A DNA stretch of 64,000 nucleotides from Antechinus flavipes (GCF_016432865.1 NC_067398.1:557752001-557816000); one strand, 5' to 3'. Positions 34,861-48,861 are shown, counted from the first letter of the stretch. Numbers and translations are program-made. Notes: a model not told the origin generated them from the letters alone.

Positions 34861-35010
34861 AGTCACAATGATAACAACTTTATACCTTAAATATAACTAC
34901 TTACTTAACAATAAGACTAAAGTAGTAATAATCAATATAACGCTCAAGAAAAATGCATTCTAATTAGGCAGAGAATATGTTAATAATAAGGTATATAAAT
35001 AAATGTGTAT

Positions 35011-35139
35011 ACAAAGAGAAAAGGAGAGGAAGACAAAAGAGAGAGGGGAAGAGGGAAAAAGAGAAAGAGAGAGAAGGAGGGAGAGAGGGAGAGAAACAGA
35101 GACAGAGACAAAGAGAAACAGAGACAGACAGACAAACAG

Positions 35140-35210
<71 letters not shown>

Positions 35211-35230
35211 GAAAAGAGCGAGAGAGAGGG
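35011..35230. repeat. polypurine tract with (AG)n core
   Basis: Pure (AG)n 35143-35189 within GA/GACA low-complexity sequence; source of five overlapping spurious ORFs. Confidence 0.95.
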
Positions 35231-35900
35231 AGTTTGGATTTGGGTAGAAAGATAATGAGTTTTATTTTGGATATATTGAGTTTGAGATATCCACAGACCA
35301 TCCACTTCTCTGCCCAAAAGGCAGTTAGAGATATGTCACTATAACTCAAATAGACATCAGGGCTAGATATAACAAACGAAATGATATAAAGCAAAAAAGA
35401 CAAAGGGATTAGGGCAGAGAATTGGGTACATCCAATTAGAAGGTATAACATAAATGAACAACCACTAAAGGAAACTGAGAAGCCTTCATTCTGGCCAAAA
35501 AGTGTCGGAACATTAAAGAGAACCAGAGGAGAGCAGTATCACCAAAAAAAAAAAAAAAAAAACCCTAGAGAAAACAGAGTATTCAAAAACTGAAGGTTTA
35601 GCAGTGTCAAATGTTGCAGAAATCAAGAAGCACCACGATTGCAAAAAAGACATTAAACTGGACAATTGAGAGAACATCAACAAATTTGGAGCAAGTAGTT
35701 TAATGATGAAGTTGAAAGCCAGATTTCAGAGACTTTAGAAGAAAGAACAAGGAGAAGAAAAGGGAATACTGATTGTAGAATTTTTAAAGTAGTGTATATA
35801 TGGAAGGGAACAGCTATGGGATAATATGTAGAGAGGATTATTGGATCAGTTGAGGGATTTTTGAGAATGGGGAAGATAAAGATATATTTCTTATCTATGG
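35230..35900 (-). mobile_element. L2 ORF2 fragment (antisense)
   Basis: ttttggatatattgagtttgagatatcc, gaaccagaggagagcagtatcac, gtgtcaaatgttgcaga. Confidence 0.7.
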
Positions 35901-38454
35901 ATTTTTAAAGACAGAGCAAATCATAAACACAATCAAGGTCAAGGTCATTCTATCTAATCTTCATACTATGCTTTTCTGGACCAAGTGTAGTTGAAGAAAG
36001 TCTTGTTGTTTAGGCTCAAAACTAGAGCAAAAGAATATGGAAAGAATATGCAACAATACAGCATTCATTCAGTTGGGTATATTTCCCTTCATCTCTGCAG
36101 AAGGACTTGTTAAGAGTGACCTGAACAGGGAGACATCTAGCAAGCCAAATAATCACCAACATTTGAGTGATGGACTTTATGTTTTATGAAACTGGAAAGT
36201 TATCTCAACAGAAGAGAAAACTGAGGTACTAGAACTTGATCCAAATGACTTGCTCAAGATGACACAAATAAAAAGCATCATAGAAGGATTTGAACCCATA
36301 TCTTCTGCTTTCAGAATCAGTGTTTTTCCACTGTAACATAAGCACAAAAATGTTATTGAATAAACTCTGAAGGATTTCATTTTGGAAGCACTGCTTTCTT
36401 TCAGCATTAGGATGTACTTGAATTTCTCATTCAGAAAATCCAGATGCTTCTATCATCAGTGTCCTATTTCTCCATTTTCTTTACAAAATGCCAACACATT
36501 TCCTAAAATATAGCAAACCAAAAGAGAGATACCCCAGAATGCCAACCATGAGTTTGACCTTGTCAAACTGTCTTTTCTTTTAACATTATTTGTTTTATCA
36601 TAAAAGTGAAGATGAATAAATATATCTGAAACCTCTCATGTAGGAGACTGAAACTGAATGTGAAATCCTACAGATTCCCTGTAGGGCACATACTTTTTAA
36701 AAGCATCATATGTACACACAAATGACTTATGATTTTCTTTGGCAACAATCTGATCAAATATTTCTTCTCATCAAAACACAAAGGTAATAAATCTCGGCAT
36801 AAACTTTCATATATGTGTGGGTGTATATTTTTTCCAATCCTTTGCAATTGAACTGAGCTCAGGGATACTGAGGGATGATGATCTGACAGCTCCATATTGA
36901 TATAAAATAGGGAGATGATTTGCAGCATTTTAGGAGGTAGAAGCTATGTCTAGAAATCCAGGAACTGAACAAACTCTTCCCTGGAGGACTCCCCACTGAG
37001 AGAATGGCCAGCAAAGGAAAGAACAGTCAAGGGGAAAAAATTTTCAACGAGAACTGTTTTATTCCATTGTTCCTGCCTTTGTTCATTTTATTTCTTTTTT
37101 AACTGGAATTTGATACCCTAGGCCCTCTCAACTGCCTTCTTCTTGCAAGTACCACTTATTCTTTTTGATATGCAGAAGCTGGTAAAAGGAAATTAATTGT
37201 CTTTTCTTTTATTCTCCCCCCACCAAAGCTTCTTTACTTCGAACTTCAGGTGCTGAAGAATGTTTCACTGATTCATTTAGCAATTAAAAGCAAGCCAAAC
37301 TGAATTAAGAATGTGACTGGGTCATTCCACTGGTGTTCTGTCTAGTATGTCTAAGCTTTGTAGTAACTGCAGGTATTCAATGAATATTAATCACCCACAA
37401 AGAACAATAGTACTCTGTCCTCTGGTCTCTTGTCAGTTCTTCTTGAGAAATAATAAGATCTACATTTACTATACTATGTAACAGCAGAGAGCTTCCAGGA
37501 TGTGATTTTAAAAGTATAAATCATTTTTGCTATATTAATCATGTAGTCATTTACTGTCAAATGGTAAAGACCAGTAGAAATGATTCCCTCAGCCAACAGT
37601 AGGTATTATGGAAGGCTTTCTTTCCTTTATACAACTTCCATGTCTGAAAGATGCATAATAGAGATCTCTTTAAGATGATATATTTTATCTGATTTACCTT
37701 GATCATATTTTTTATAAGCAATAAGTTGCTTACATGATCAGTTTAGAAAGGTCTCTTACTTTGACTATGAATTGGCAAAACTATTACTGTCTCCTGTAAT
37801 GGGAATTTATCAATAAGTAGGAATCCATGTGCAAGTATACATGCATGTGTATGTTGTGTGTGTATGTACGTACATGTGTGTGTGCATCCATGCCTCTGAA
37901 AAAGTTTGACAAGGAAAAGAGGATCATTTTCATCTGTGGAGACATTCACTGGAAAAGTGGCACCTGAATATAAGAAATAGATGAATTCAATAGACAAAGA
38001 TAGGAAGAGGAAAAGGAATACATAGGAAGCTGTGTGAATAGATACTAATGGAGGGTAATGAGACCAGGACACTTTTGCCAAGAGAAAAGGAGATATCTGG
38101 GAAGAAAGGACTATATAGTTCTTGATAAAGAATTTTGCCAACTCCTGTAGTGTTATGTAGTTAGCCTCTGACCTACTGCTGCATTTATAAGAGGCTCAGG
38201 CTCCCCTTATCCAACCCAGTGTAAAAATCCATAGCCCCCAAGATCTATAAGTCATTTAGAGTCAGACCATTATCCTACATAAAGCTGATGTTCCTTGCAG
38301 CTTCATTTCCTTGAATTAGACAAAAAAGGGAGACCCAGAAGGCACTATACATGTGTACTTATAACTCTCCTGTAAGAGTGAATATGTCCACGTAGTTTGG
38401 ATATTACTCAATAAATTTTGTAATTAGGCCAATTAAATATAAATATTTGCCTAT

Positions 38455-39050
38455 CTTTTTCTTAATCAATCAACAAGCATTTATTAAGCATCTTCTATGT
38501 GCCAAAAACTGTTCTAAGTAGTGGGTAAATAAAAGTAAAAAAGCCTAATTTCAAACCTGACTTGCAGAGGTAGACAGACAAAAGAAGGTAGCATGACAAT
38601 AAAGTAAAATAAATAGTACAATTTTACAGAGGATAGATTGTAAATGAAATTGAATGGTGCAATTAGGGACAGTTAGGTAGCGCCCTGGAATCAGGAAGAC
38701 CTGAATTCAAATCTAGCTTCAGAAAAGACAAGAAGGATTCACTGGCTTTAAAAGGATGAAGGTGAGAGATTGTGGCAATAAAATCAATAGACCTTGGCAA
38801 CTAAGCAAATTGGTGGAGGAATGGAAAGCAACAAAAATGGCTGCCAGGTTTTGAACATGGTACTTGGAAAATGGTGATGCTATTTAATGAAGGAAGAGGA
38901 AGTAAAAACAATGAGTTCATTTTCTGTCATAACGAGCATGAGGTTTAGAAGGAGCATCCAAATAAAGAGATACCCAGAAAGTGGCTGGAAATAGAAGGCC
39001 TAGGCTTTGGGATTACATGGCATGTGAACATCTGTGTGCCAATAGCCCAG
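38455..39050 (-). mobile_element. L2 3' region (antisense) with a SINE head fragment at ~38665-38722
   Basis: aatcaatcaacaagcatttattaagcatcttctatgtgcc; ccaggttttgaacatgg...ggtgatgctatttaa. Confidence 0.7.
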
Positions 39051-39289
39051 AAAAAAAGGATGGGTCCAATTGACTTCTCAACAAAATGGTAAGCAGATGA
39101 ATAACATGAAGCATTCATTTAAGTCATTCTTTCCTCATCTGAGTTCCTTAGCCCTGACTCGCTCTACTGCACCTGCTATTTCTCCCACTGTTTGGTTTTC
39201 TCTGGTACCTCAGCTTCATTTCTTGGCAGCATTCTTGCTCACTCCTACTCTGTATCTCACATTTCAGGTCCTAGGTAGATAGGATAATA

Positions 39290-39500
39290 GATTTAGAGGG
39301 AGAAAATGACTTTAAGAACCATTGAGCTTAACTTTTCCTCCCAATCCCCATTCTATAGATGAGGAAACTGAGACACATTTAGACCCTGGGATGGAGGTGG
39401 GGTTATCTTATAACCAGCAGAGCTCTCTGTAGCAGGATTTGAATCTAGATTTTCCTGACTTAAGGCCTAGGGCTCTCTTCATTATACCATGCTGTTTCCT
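39290..39500 (-). mobile_element. MIR SINE
   Basis: cccattctatagatgaggaaactgagacac...ggatttgaatctagattttcctgac. Confidence 0.75.
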
Positions 39501-40042
39501 ACTTCTACCACTTGCTTAATGCTCCCAAATCTATCCAACATCTTCATTGTGACCTTCAGTCTCTTGATGGCTCCTTAATATCTATTTATCATAACTCCTC
39601 TAGATTCATTTCAATAATGCATAATGACTGAGATGTTCTTTTGCAGTTCTTACTCTGTGTAACTTCACCATTCCAACTCTCATTCTTGAGCAAAAGAAAA
39701 CTAAAAAGCACCACAAAAAGCAATACTGATTAAGATCCTTAAATCTATTATCAATTTATGGTATTTAATCTTAACTGGGCCTTTACATGGTAATTCTTTT
39801 ATTCATCTTTTACTGATTTTTTGTCATATTCCCCACTGCTTTTTCTAACTTCCCTCCTTATGCCATTCTCTCAACCTCCCTTAATTGGGTACGTAAATCT
39901 CCTACTTAATTTGCTGAAATTAAAGCCCTTGGATTAATCTCCCTTAATTCATCTTTAAACCTATGTTCTCATCTATTTTTAATATTACATCCTTTCTCAG
40001 AAGATGAGATATTCCTCTTTCTTACCAAGACTAACCCTTTCA

Positions 40043-40284
40043 TTTTTTTGTTTTTCAGTCCTTTCGGTTATGTCCAGCTCTTCATGATCCAGTTTGGATT
40101 TTCTTGGCAAAGATATTAAAGAGGTTTGCCATTTTCTTCTCCAACTCATTTGATAAGGAAACTGAGGCAAACAGGGTTAAGTTATTTACTTATACCCAGC
40201 CAGTTAATGTCTGAGTCTGGATTTAAACTCAGATCTTTGGGACCTTAGACCTAGTATTCTATCTATTATATTATTTAGCTGTCC
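40043..40284 (-). mobile_element. Mar1-type SINE
   Basis: ttttcttggcaaagatattaaagaggtttgccattttcttctccaactcatt...ggaaactgaggcaaacagggttaag...ggatttaaactcag. Confidence 0.85.
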
Positions 40285-40763
40285 AATCTTTTCATCTTAT
40301 CCTTTCCAATTATGTCTTTGAGTCTATCCTCTTCTCTTTGTATGACTTTTACTACATTAGTTATTTTATTTCTCTCATAAATCTTCAATATTTCCCTCTC
40401 TTCCTCAGTCAACAAATAGGCTCAAATCTCCATGAGCTTAAAAAATTCTCCAAATCCTCATCTTTGAGCCTCCTTATCTGATCAAAATTTTATCTCTTCT
40501 CTTTCCAAACTGCCAAATTTCTAGAAAGATTAGACTACACTCTTTGCTTCCACATCCTCTCTACCTAATTGGCTTCTTATCCCACCATAGTCTAACTTCT
40601 GCCATATCTCACTACTGATGCTGTGCTTTAAAAAAAAATTAATTTTATTTATTTCGTTACATTTTAAATTATAAACTATGAACTTGCTTTCTCTTCCTCT
40701 CCTTCATTACAGATGGCCACCATTTCATAAACATGTGTGTGTATATATGCATATGTATATATG

Positions 40764-40880
40764 TGTTGTTGTTGTTGTTGTCCTTTGTTCTTGAAGAGGA
40801 CCATGACATCAGAGAGGTGATTCTGTGACATGCAACTGAATTGACTTTCCTCTCCAGAGCCATTAGGATCTAGTGGTCAG
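40764..40880 (-). mobile_element. RTE-type 3' tail with (GTT)n
   Basis: gttgttgttgttgtcctttgttcttgaagaggaccatgacatcagagaggtgat, reverse complement of the tail at 13481-13552. Confidence 0.75.
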
Positions 40881-42002
40881 ATATAGAGCCAAACACTGGT
40901 AGAAATAACAGATGCAATAGAGAGGGTTCTGTCTAAGCAACTCAAATAAGAGAATATCCATTCACATTTATATCACACTTTAATATAAGGTTACGATTTG
41001 AACTGAAGAAGATGAGTCTTCTTGACTCTGGGTCACGTTCTACCTACTGCACTGCCTAGTTGTCTGGGATAGACGTACAGAAGGAGAAAAATAATTAAGA
41101 AGAATGGAAAGGACAAGCTGGAGGATGATAAGAACTGAGAAGGAGAAGGGCTAAGATGAAAATGGATAAATATTGGGGGGAGTAGCAGGAGGAAGGTTTG
41201 ATATCTAGGGAAAACAATTTGTATGACCAGGAGTTGTAATAGCAAGTTAAGATGTGAAAAGTGTTCCACATGTCATCACATACTATCCTCACAGCCCCAT
41301 GTGGCAAATGTTATCACATAGATTTTACAAATTGGACTTAGCCCAAATCACAGAGCTAATAAGTCTGATGCAGGATTTGAATTCATGTTCCTGACTCCAA
41401 ATCCAAGACTCTACCCATTATGCTACCTCCCTCCCTCTCCTTATTGTTCCACTCTGGTTTCCACTTCGTTTCAACTCCTACAAGCTGGAGAGAATACTAG
41501 GTTTCAGCTTCCATTGCTTTTTTACATCACCCACCCAGATAACCTAATTATTTAACTGATATAGGTCTAGATTTGGCAATTGTGAGCTCTGTGTGTGCGT
41601 GTGTTTGAAAATAAACTTGTTAGCTAACTAATGGCTTCTCTCTCTCAAACTTGTGAGAGAAGAAAGACTTCCATTCTCCTGTCTTAAGTTACCACTAGAC
41701 TTAAGACTGCAGAGGGGGAAAAGCAATGTCTAAACAGTGCAGTGGATTTAGAAAGAGAAGATTTCAGGTTCAAATAGCCTTATTCTGCCTCACTATCTAT
41801 GGATAAATAGCTTCACTTCTTTGAGAACTTAGTTTTCTAACCTATAAAATGAGCCATTTGGTCTACATGGTTTGTAATGACTCTCCCAATTCTAGGTCTA
41901 TGATTCTCAGATGCAGGTGTTGCTCTCTTTCAGCATAGCCACTCCTGTGGAGTAGTAAACCATTTGTTTAATCACTTTGCTTTCCCCCGACTTCAAGTAA
42001 TG

Positions 42003-42277
42003 NNNNNNNNNNNNNNNNNNNNNNNNNNNNNNNNNNNNNNNNNNNNNNNNNNNNNNNNNNNNNNNNNNNNNNNNNNNNNNNNNNNNNNNNNNNNNNNNNN
42101 NNNNNNNNNNNNNNNNNNNNNNNNNNNNNNNNNNNNNNNNNNNNNNNNNNNNNNNNNNNNNNNNNNNNNNNNNNNNNNNNNNNNNNNNNNNNNNNNNNNN
42201 NNNNNNNNNNNNNNNNNNNNNNNNNNNNNNNNNNNNNNNNNNNNNNNNNNNNNNNNNNNNNNNNNNNNNNNNNNNNN
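42003..42277. other. assembly gap (275 N)
   Basis: N run. Confidence 0.99.
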
Positions 42278-43029
42278 AAACATAGAGCATGTCATTTTAT
42301 CAGCTGTGATACTTTGAAGAATACTCGGGTGATTTCATTAGGAGATCTTGATCAGTATTCCCAGCCTCCTTCACCTTTGGTATGCTACACAAAGTGGCTA
42401 CAGGAAGAGGAGATAATGGAGTTTGAAGTGGAAAGTTTTGATGTTAGTAGTCCTTTAATCAAAGGAGAGTTATTTGCCTTCCTAATAAAGGAGAACTTGC
42501 TTAGCCTTCAATGCTCTGGAACCAACTATAAGTCACACTAATGTCTTTCTTACTTAATAAGAAATCAGTAGTTAGCAAAAATGAAAAACTATTAGATTTC
42601 CCTACAATCTGTGTTATCACTGAAATAAAAAAACTGATTGAGCAAAAGATGATGTCTTATTTCTTGGCTTTGAGTCATTAACTTCAGAATTTATCAGTCA
42701 TGAGTTATTGACCATTATTGATCATTATTACATAGGTTAACAAGTGTTTTCACAGACATGGTGACTTTTATTCTTCCATAAAGATGTCAAAGTCCTGATA
42801 ATAAATTTTCAAATAAAGATCTAGACAGGGAACCTCAATAGCCAAAAATCAGAGAAGTATTATAACAATTAATTACCTGTATACGTCAGTCAAAAACGTG
42901 GATCAGAAGTCAATTTTCTTAATAGTGTATCAATAAAACATTTTTAAATACACAGATGAGAATAAGAAAAACTCAGAAACATTCACAAAATGATTTTGTC
43001 ACTACTTTGTTAAATTTAATCAATGGATA

Positions 43030-44460
43030 AATTAAATCAAAAAGCATTTATTAAGCTCTTGCTATATGCCATGCACTTTGCTGAGTTTGAGACTACAAAG
43101 ACAGGACTGAAATACAAAAGATTCCAAAAGACAGAGGTAAAGATGGAGAGCATTCAAGATACAGAGTAGAAAGCAGACAGGTAGCAAATACTAAAAAAGC
43201 AAGGAGACAAGATGGAGCATTCTATTTGTCAGACAAATGTCTAGTAGAGAATGTATGGAAGAAAATAATTACTATATAAGATTAGAAAGATAGAATAGGG
43301 CTAGGTTATGAAGAGACTTAAATGCTAAATAGAGGCATTTACATTTGATTTTAAAGATAATAAGGAGCCACTACAGTTTATTAAATAAGGAGAAAAGACA
43401 ACATAATCAGCCCCAGCATTTTAAGAAAATTACTTTGGAAACACTATAAATTAGACACAGTGGTTCTCAAACTTTTGTTCTCAGTATCTTCATGTTAAAA
43501 AAAAACTATCAAGGGTCTGTTCAAAGAGTTTTTGTTCACATGGGTTATATTTATAGCCATTTACTATATTAGAAATAAAAATAATTTTGAATTTGTAGAC
43601 CCTCTGAAAGGGTTTCAGAGACTCCAACAATTCTTTGGACTACACTTTGAGGACCTTAGAGTCCTCATCACTTAGAATGATGAAAGACTTAAATGAACTA
43701 GATGAATTAGGAGGCTGCTATAAGATTCAAGTAGAGGTAATAACAATCTGAATTGTGGTGGTGGATATGTGGATAGAAAGGGATGCTGTGAAAGTAGAAA
43801 TCACAAGCTTTGGTAATTGATTAGCTATAAGGGACAAATGAGAGAGGAATTGATAATGACAGATTTCAAATCTGCATAACTATAAATATCATGGTGCTTT
43901 TATTAGGAATAGAGAAGTTCAGAATGTTCAAAGTGAGGTACTTGAGGGAAAATAATGAATTCTCTTTGGGCTATCTTGAGTTTGACATGTGTGAGGAATA
44001 TCTAGTTTGAAATGTTCAATCAGTAGTTGCTGATGTAGAATCGGAGCTTATAGGGGACAGAATAGGTTAGTTGTAGTGATCTGGGAATCATCTTCAGAGA
44101 GAAGCTAATTAAAGCCATGAGAGCTGATGAGGTCATTAAGTGAAAGTATAAAAACAAAAAGAGGAATGCCCAAGGCAGAGTCTTAGGGTATACTCACAGT
44201 CAGTGAGCCTGCATAGATGAAGAATCAACAAAGGATGCTGAAAAATGGTCAATCAAATAAGAGTTGAAAACCAGGAAAGAATCATGTCATGAACACATAA
44301 GGGAAAGAGTGTTCACAGTGACAAAGGCTGTAGAGAAGGCAATAAAGATAAGAACTAAGAAGAGGACATCATATTTAGTGATTAAGAGATTATTGATAAT
44401 TAAGTTATTAAGAGTTATTAATAATTCTAGGGAGATAACTTTCAGTTGAATAATGAAACC
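43030..44460 (-). mobile_element. long L2 fragment (antisense)
   Basis: Starts aatcaaaaagcatttattaagctcttgctatatgccatgcac (L2 3' end) and continues through ctttgggctatcttgagtttgacatg and gtgattaagagattattgataa. Confidence 0.8.
43458..43670. mobile_element. hAT-Charlie-type MITE inside L2
   Basis: cagtggttctcaaacttttgttctcag...ggactacactttgaggacc; right TIR degraded. Confidence 0.7.
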
Positions 44461-44733
44461 AGATGATGATGAGTTAAAAAAGAAATATAGAAAAGGAGAG
44501 GAGGGAAGAGGATGAAAGGTAAGGAAAGAGAGGGAGAGGCAAGAAGAAAGGGAGGAGAGAGGAAAAGGAGGAAGAAGAGAAGGAAAATCACATATTAGGA
44601 CAGTTTGGAAAAATTACATATACATATAATATATAAATGAAAATATAAAATGCTTACATTGGTGGAGATTTGGAAAAATTATACCAATTTCAGCACTTTA
44701 TATATTTTTCATTTATATATATATATGTAATTT

Positions 44734-44906
44734 NNNNNNNNNNNNNNNNNNNNNNNNNNNNNNNNNNNNNNNNNNNNNNNNNNNNNNNNNNNNNNNNNNN
44801 NNNNNNNNNNNNNNNNNNNNNNNNNNNNNNNNNNNNNNNNNNNNNNNNNNNNNNNNNNNNNNNNNNNNNNNNNNNNNNNNNNNNNNNNNNNNNNNNNNNN
44901 NNNNNN
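44734..44906. other. assembly gap (173 N) inside a (TA)n-rich tract
   Basis: N run flanked by TA repeats. Confidence 0.99.
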
Positions 44907-44934
44907 GTATCATTTTTCAGAACTGTTCTATTTC

Positions 44935-44970
<36 letters not shown>

Positions 44971-46242
44971 CAGTTTATCACTTATAAGATGAATTGACTG
45001 ATTCTAAAGGCTTTGGTTAATTATGATAGCAACAAGATGGTTAACACAACAGTCATTGTTTCACATATCCAGGATATTTGAAATGTCATAGAGAGTGATC
45101 ATACTGCTTACTAAATGACTGCCATGGCTTGAATCACTCAAATTTGATTTTGTTTCCTCTCTTCTAATAATCACTTTGGTCTCTTTTCCCCTACCAAGCT
45201 GTGAAAAGAATGTTTCTAGGCACAGCAAAGAAAAATGCAATAATAGCTGTTTTCCCGAAGTTATTTTATTTTGTAGTGCTAGCAGAAGGATTGTCTTGCT
45301 ACTTGACCAAGCAAATTATGCCAACTAGTAGGGACTTTAATTCATGTGCCCCAGGCTTATACAATAGCACTTCCATTTAAAAGTGTTATTGTTCTTCTCC
45401 TGCTATAACTGATGGTACTGAGTGAGAATGTGTGCCTAGGAGGACACTTGACTGTCAGAGGATGTGGGAACAAGTGTTGGGAGGAGGGAGGAGAGAAGAG
45501 GAGAGCAAAAAGAATCAAGGGTGCTATCTCAAAAGTGAGATTTGGATTATTAAAAATGATGTATGTGTGGACCATAGGAATAGCAATGTCATTTATCAAA
45601 AATTTGGGTCCATAATCATTGTTAATTCAAAGAGATTTAGAATTCAGTGTGTCAAAACATTTAGAATAGAAGGGAGAACAATGTTAGATCTTTATGGCAT
45701 TGCACACAGCTGAACGAAGAAAAGGATCAAGGGAATAACTCAACTATCCAAAAGCATTTATTTTCAGACATTTACTAGGATGCAAGTTTGCTTTTGAGTA
45801 CAAAATGATATTATTTTGCAGAATATCTTTAACATGGCAAATAATATAGCCAGCCTGAATTATATACCATCTTTTAAGTATGACCTATGACTTCCCATTT
45901 CTCTTGCCCTTGCCCAGCAAGAACTTGTTGCTTGGAATATTTTTCCTCCACATGTCCACTTGTTGAACTCCTACCCATTCTTCAAGAGTCAGTTAAAACT
46001 CTCTTCCACAAGTCTTCCTTGATGCTACAGTTGTGATTCTTCATTTTGACACCTGGGGCATACAAACTGGACAAAATGAGGCTTTAGTCAATCCTTTAAA
46101 ATAGATAATAATAAGTTAAAGATACTTATTCACCAGGGTTTAGTGGCACAAACCTATAATTGATCACTTGAGCTTGATATCTGCATCAGGTCCAACACCA
46201 ACAGGATGAGTCCTTGTAGCACGATAGCCATGATGCTACTTA

Positions 46243-46440
46243 GGAAGGAAGAAAAGGAAGGAAGGAAGAAATGGAGGGAAGGAGGGAGGGAGGAGGGAAG
46301 AAAAGGAAGGAAGGAGGGATGGGAAGGAAGGAGTAAAGGGAGAGAGGGAGAAAAGGATGGAGGAAGGGAAGGAGAAAGGAGGGAGGAGGGAGGGAGGGAG
46401 GGAAAGAGGGAAGGAAAGAAGGAGGAAATGAGGGAGGAGT
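46243..46440. repeat. polypurine (GGAA/GGGA) low-complexity tract
   Basis: Read directly; source of ORFs 46154..46474, 46206..46442, 46240..46467. Confidence 0.95.
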
Positions 46441-46609
46441 GAATCTTCTTGCCAAATATGTTTTCAATTATCACATAACTATTCTACATCATACCAACAG
46501 CCCATAATTCCAGAATTATAAGCTATTCTTTAATAACATTTATTAAGATGAATGTTCTCTTTAACATTCTTCTTTTTCTTTGTAATTTTTTTCAATTAGC
46601 AAGAATCTC

Positions 46610-46762
46610 NNNNNNNNNNNNNNNNNNNNNNNNNNNNNNNNNNNNNNNNNNNNNNNNNNNNNNNNNNNNNNNNNNNNNNNNNNNNNNNNNNNNNNNNNNN
46701 NNNNNNNNNNNNNNNNNNNNNNNNNNNNNNNNNNNNNNNNNNNNNNNNNNNNNNNNNNNNNN
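46610..46762. other. assembly gap (153 N)
   Basis: N run. Confidence 0.99.
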
Positions 46763-46769
46763 CTAGGTG

Positions 46770-47015
46770 GTGGGAGGAAATAAAAAGTAAAATTCTTCTT
46801 TAAAAATACAGAAAAAATAAAATAACTCAAAATTAAAAACAGTCAAGCAAAATAAATTCTCCTATTGGCTACATCCCAAAGAATTTTAATTTTGTCTATT
46901 AGTCTATCATCTCTCTTTTAGAAGTGAGCAGTATTCTTTATCATCAGTGCTATGTAATCATGGGTGATCATCTTAACTCTTTCAAAATTGTTTGTTTTTA
47001 TGATCTTGATGTTAT
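46770..47015 (-). mobile_element. L1 3' end fragment (antisense)
   Basis: cagtcaagcaaaataaattctcctattggctacatccc...tctatcatctctctttta; same family text as 4015-4255. Confidence 0.6.
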
Positions 47016-48680
47016 ACCTAGGGATACTTTTCCTTTGAGACATAATTAGGAGTATTTAAAGAGACATGACTATTCATTCTCTGTGCAAGGAAATAAATTT
47101 TTTTTTAAAAACTGCACAAAAAAGAACATTTAGTCTCCTAAGACAGAGAAAGACAGATAGATAGATTGATTGATAGATGGATGGATATACAGATGTATTT
47201 ATTTGTTAGCCTAAGAAATGCCTAGGCAAAAATGTGAGGAAGCAGTTTGCTATAATGAGCCTAACCTTTCTTTGCTCTTTTTAATCCCATTAGACTGTTC
47301 TTCTTGGACTCTTAGATGGGAGGAGGATATTAAAGCAAAGGATAAAAAGATAAAGATAAAGACAGAAAGACAGAAGAGGGTACACACAGAAACACTGAAG
47401 TAATAATGTAGTGAGACCAAGTAGAAAAATTTCAGTTTTAGAAAAACAAAATCCATTTTTTCTTTCTTAAATATTTTGATACTATCTTCAAATCACCTTG
47501 AATTGTGACCTTAGACCCAGAAAATAACCTCAGGAAATATAAAGAGGTGGGAGATAGAGGAATATTCAGTATTTTCTAGACCAATTGGACATCATTCTGG
47601 CTGGAGCTGGGTTGAGATAGAAAAGAAAGAAAAGGAAACCTAGCATTTACCAAAATCAAATTAAATAGGATCCTATATTTGGGATCCAAGAAAATAATTC
47701 TACCTGTTAGTGAACTTTGAAAAAAATTATTTCTTTGTGCTCAGGCATTAAAGGATAAAAATCTTGGTTTTGCAGAAATTACCTAAATACATCCTGATGA
47801 TATGGCTGAAGGATGGAGGATGTCCCCATAATTCATTCTACATTTGAGGAATGTCCTCTACCAGTGCAAATCTACTTTCTCTGCAACCTTAGAGAGTTGC
47901 CTTCTTATTTAGATATCACTTGTAAAAAACTATTTTAGATAGTTATCCCTTTTTTAAAGCAATAAGAGTTTAAGTGACTTTTCCAAAATCAAATTCATAG
48001 GATCATTATGTATTAGAGTGGTTCTCGAATCTGGGTCTTCCTCCAAGGTCATATCTCTGCTGCATAATGCCCTTCACATATCCATATAATGTAGATATAT
48101 GAAATAAAGTGTTCTCATTGGAAAACCCTTTTAACTCTTTCTTTTAAATAAATTTTTCTTTCATTTAAATAGTTTACAAAAATCCAAACTCCTCTTTAAG
48201 TTTCTTTCTGACTAGTTGAGGGAAAGATAGACAATTCCCTGACTTTGATCAAAATATGCAGTCCTCATAACTTTCCTTCACTTGCCATCCTACAGAATGC
48301 ATTGTACATAATATTTCAGTTAATGACTTAATCTATAATTTGGATAAACGTTTACATAAAAATCTTTCTCTCTTTTATACAGCTGCCTGAATTTGGGCTG
48401 ACTTCAAGTGTATGCTTCCAGGGAGAAGATACATTGTCTGGCTTCATTTACAATATAGATAACATATCAAATGTAGATAGGGTTTTAAAGAAAGAAATAA
48501 TAAGAAAGATCTCCTACTCTCTTCCTAAGACTCACTTTTCCACAAGTCTAAGTACTAATTAGTCAGTTAATGACTACTAGGCCTGATCTAAGATGACAAG
48601 AGGTGTTGTTGTTGTTGTTTAAAGAGAGATTTTCCTCTTTAATTTCTTTTTCATATATTGGTCCACTCTGGGGTCTAGAG

Positions 48681-48861
48681 TCCAACTTCTTAAACTATAA
48701 GTTGCAACCTCATATGGGGATCTTGTAATTGAATGTGGGAGTCATAAAATTATGATTTATTATCAGTCCATATGCCTATTTTATATACCTATATATCTAG
48801 AGTCATGTAAAAATTTCTCAGGTGAATAGAGGTTGCAAGTGGAAAAGCTTAAGAAGCCCTG
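48681..48861. mobile_element. hAT MITE, short version of the 5109-5404 family, opposite orientation
   Basis: Ends ttaagaagccctg (reverse complement of cagggcttcttaa); flanks gtctagag (48673-48680) / acctagag (48862-48869). Confidence 0.8.

Larger units (their letters stand above)
39075..40625 (+). mobile_element. L2 ORF2 region (sense), interrupted by SINEs
   Basis: Pyrimidine-rich L2 RT-region text (tcctcagtcaacaaataggctcaaatctc, ccaaactgccaaatttctagaaag, gtctaacttctgcc). Confidence 0.55.

Noticed and set aside
34960-35451. Cluster of long ORFs (ER/SL-repeat peptides)
   Set aside because: Products of the (AG)n tract and an antisense L2
41907-42317. ORFs with long X runs (also 44670-44987 and 46548-46830)
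   Set aside because: Open only because they span N gaps
42314-42541. 75-aa acidic ORF after the gap
   Set aside because: Non-ATG start, no recognisable homology, no convincing splice sites; its 5' context is lost in the gap
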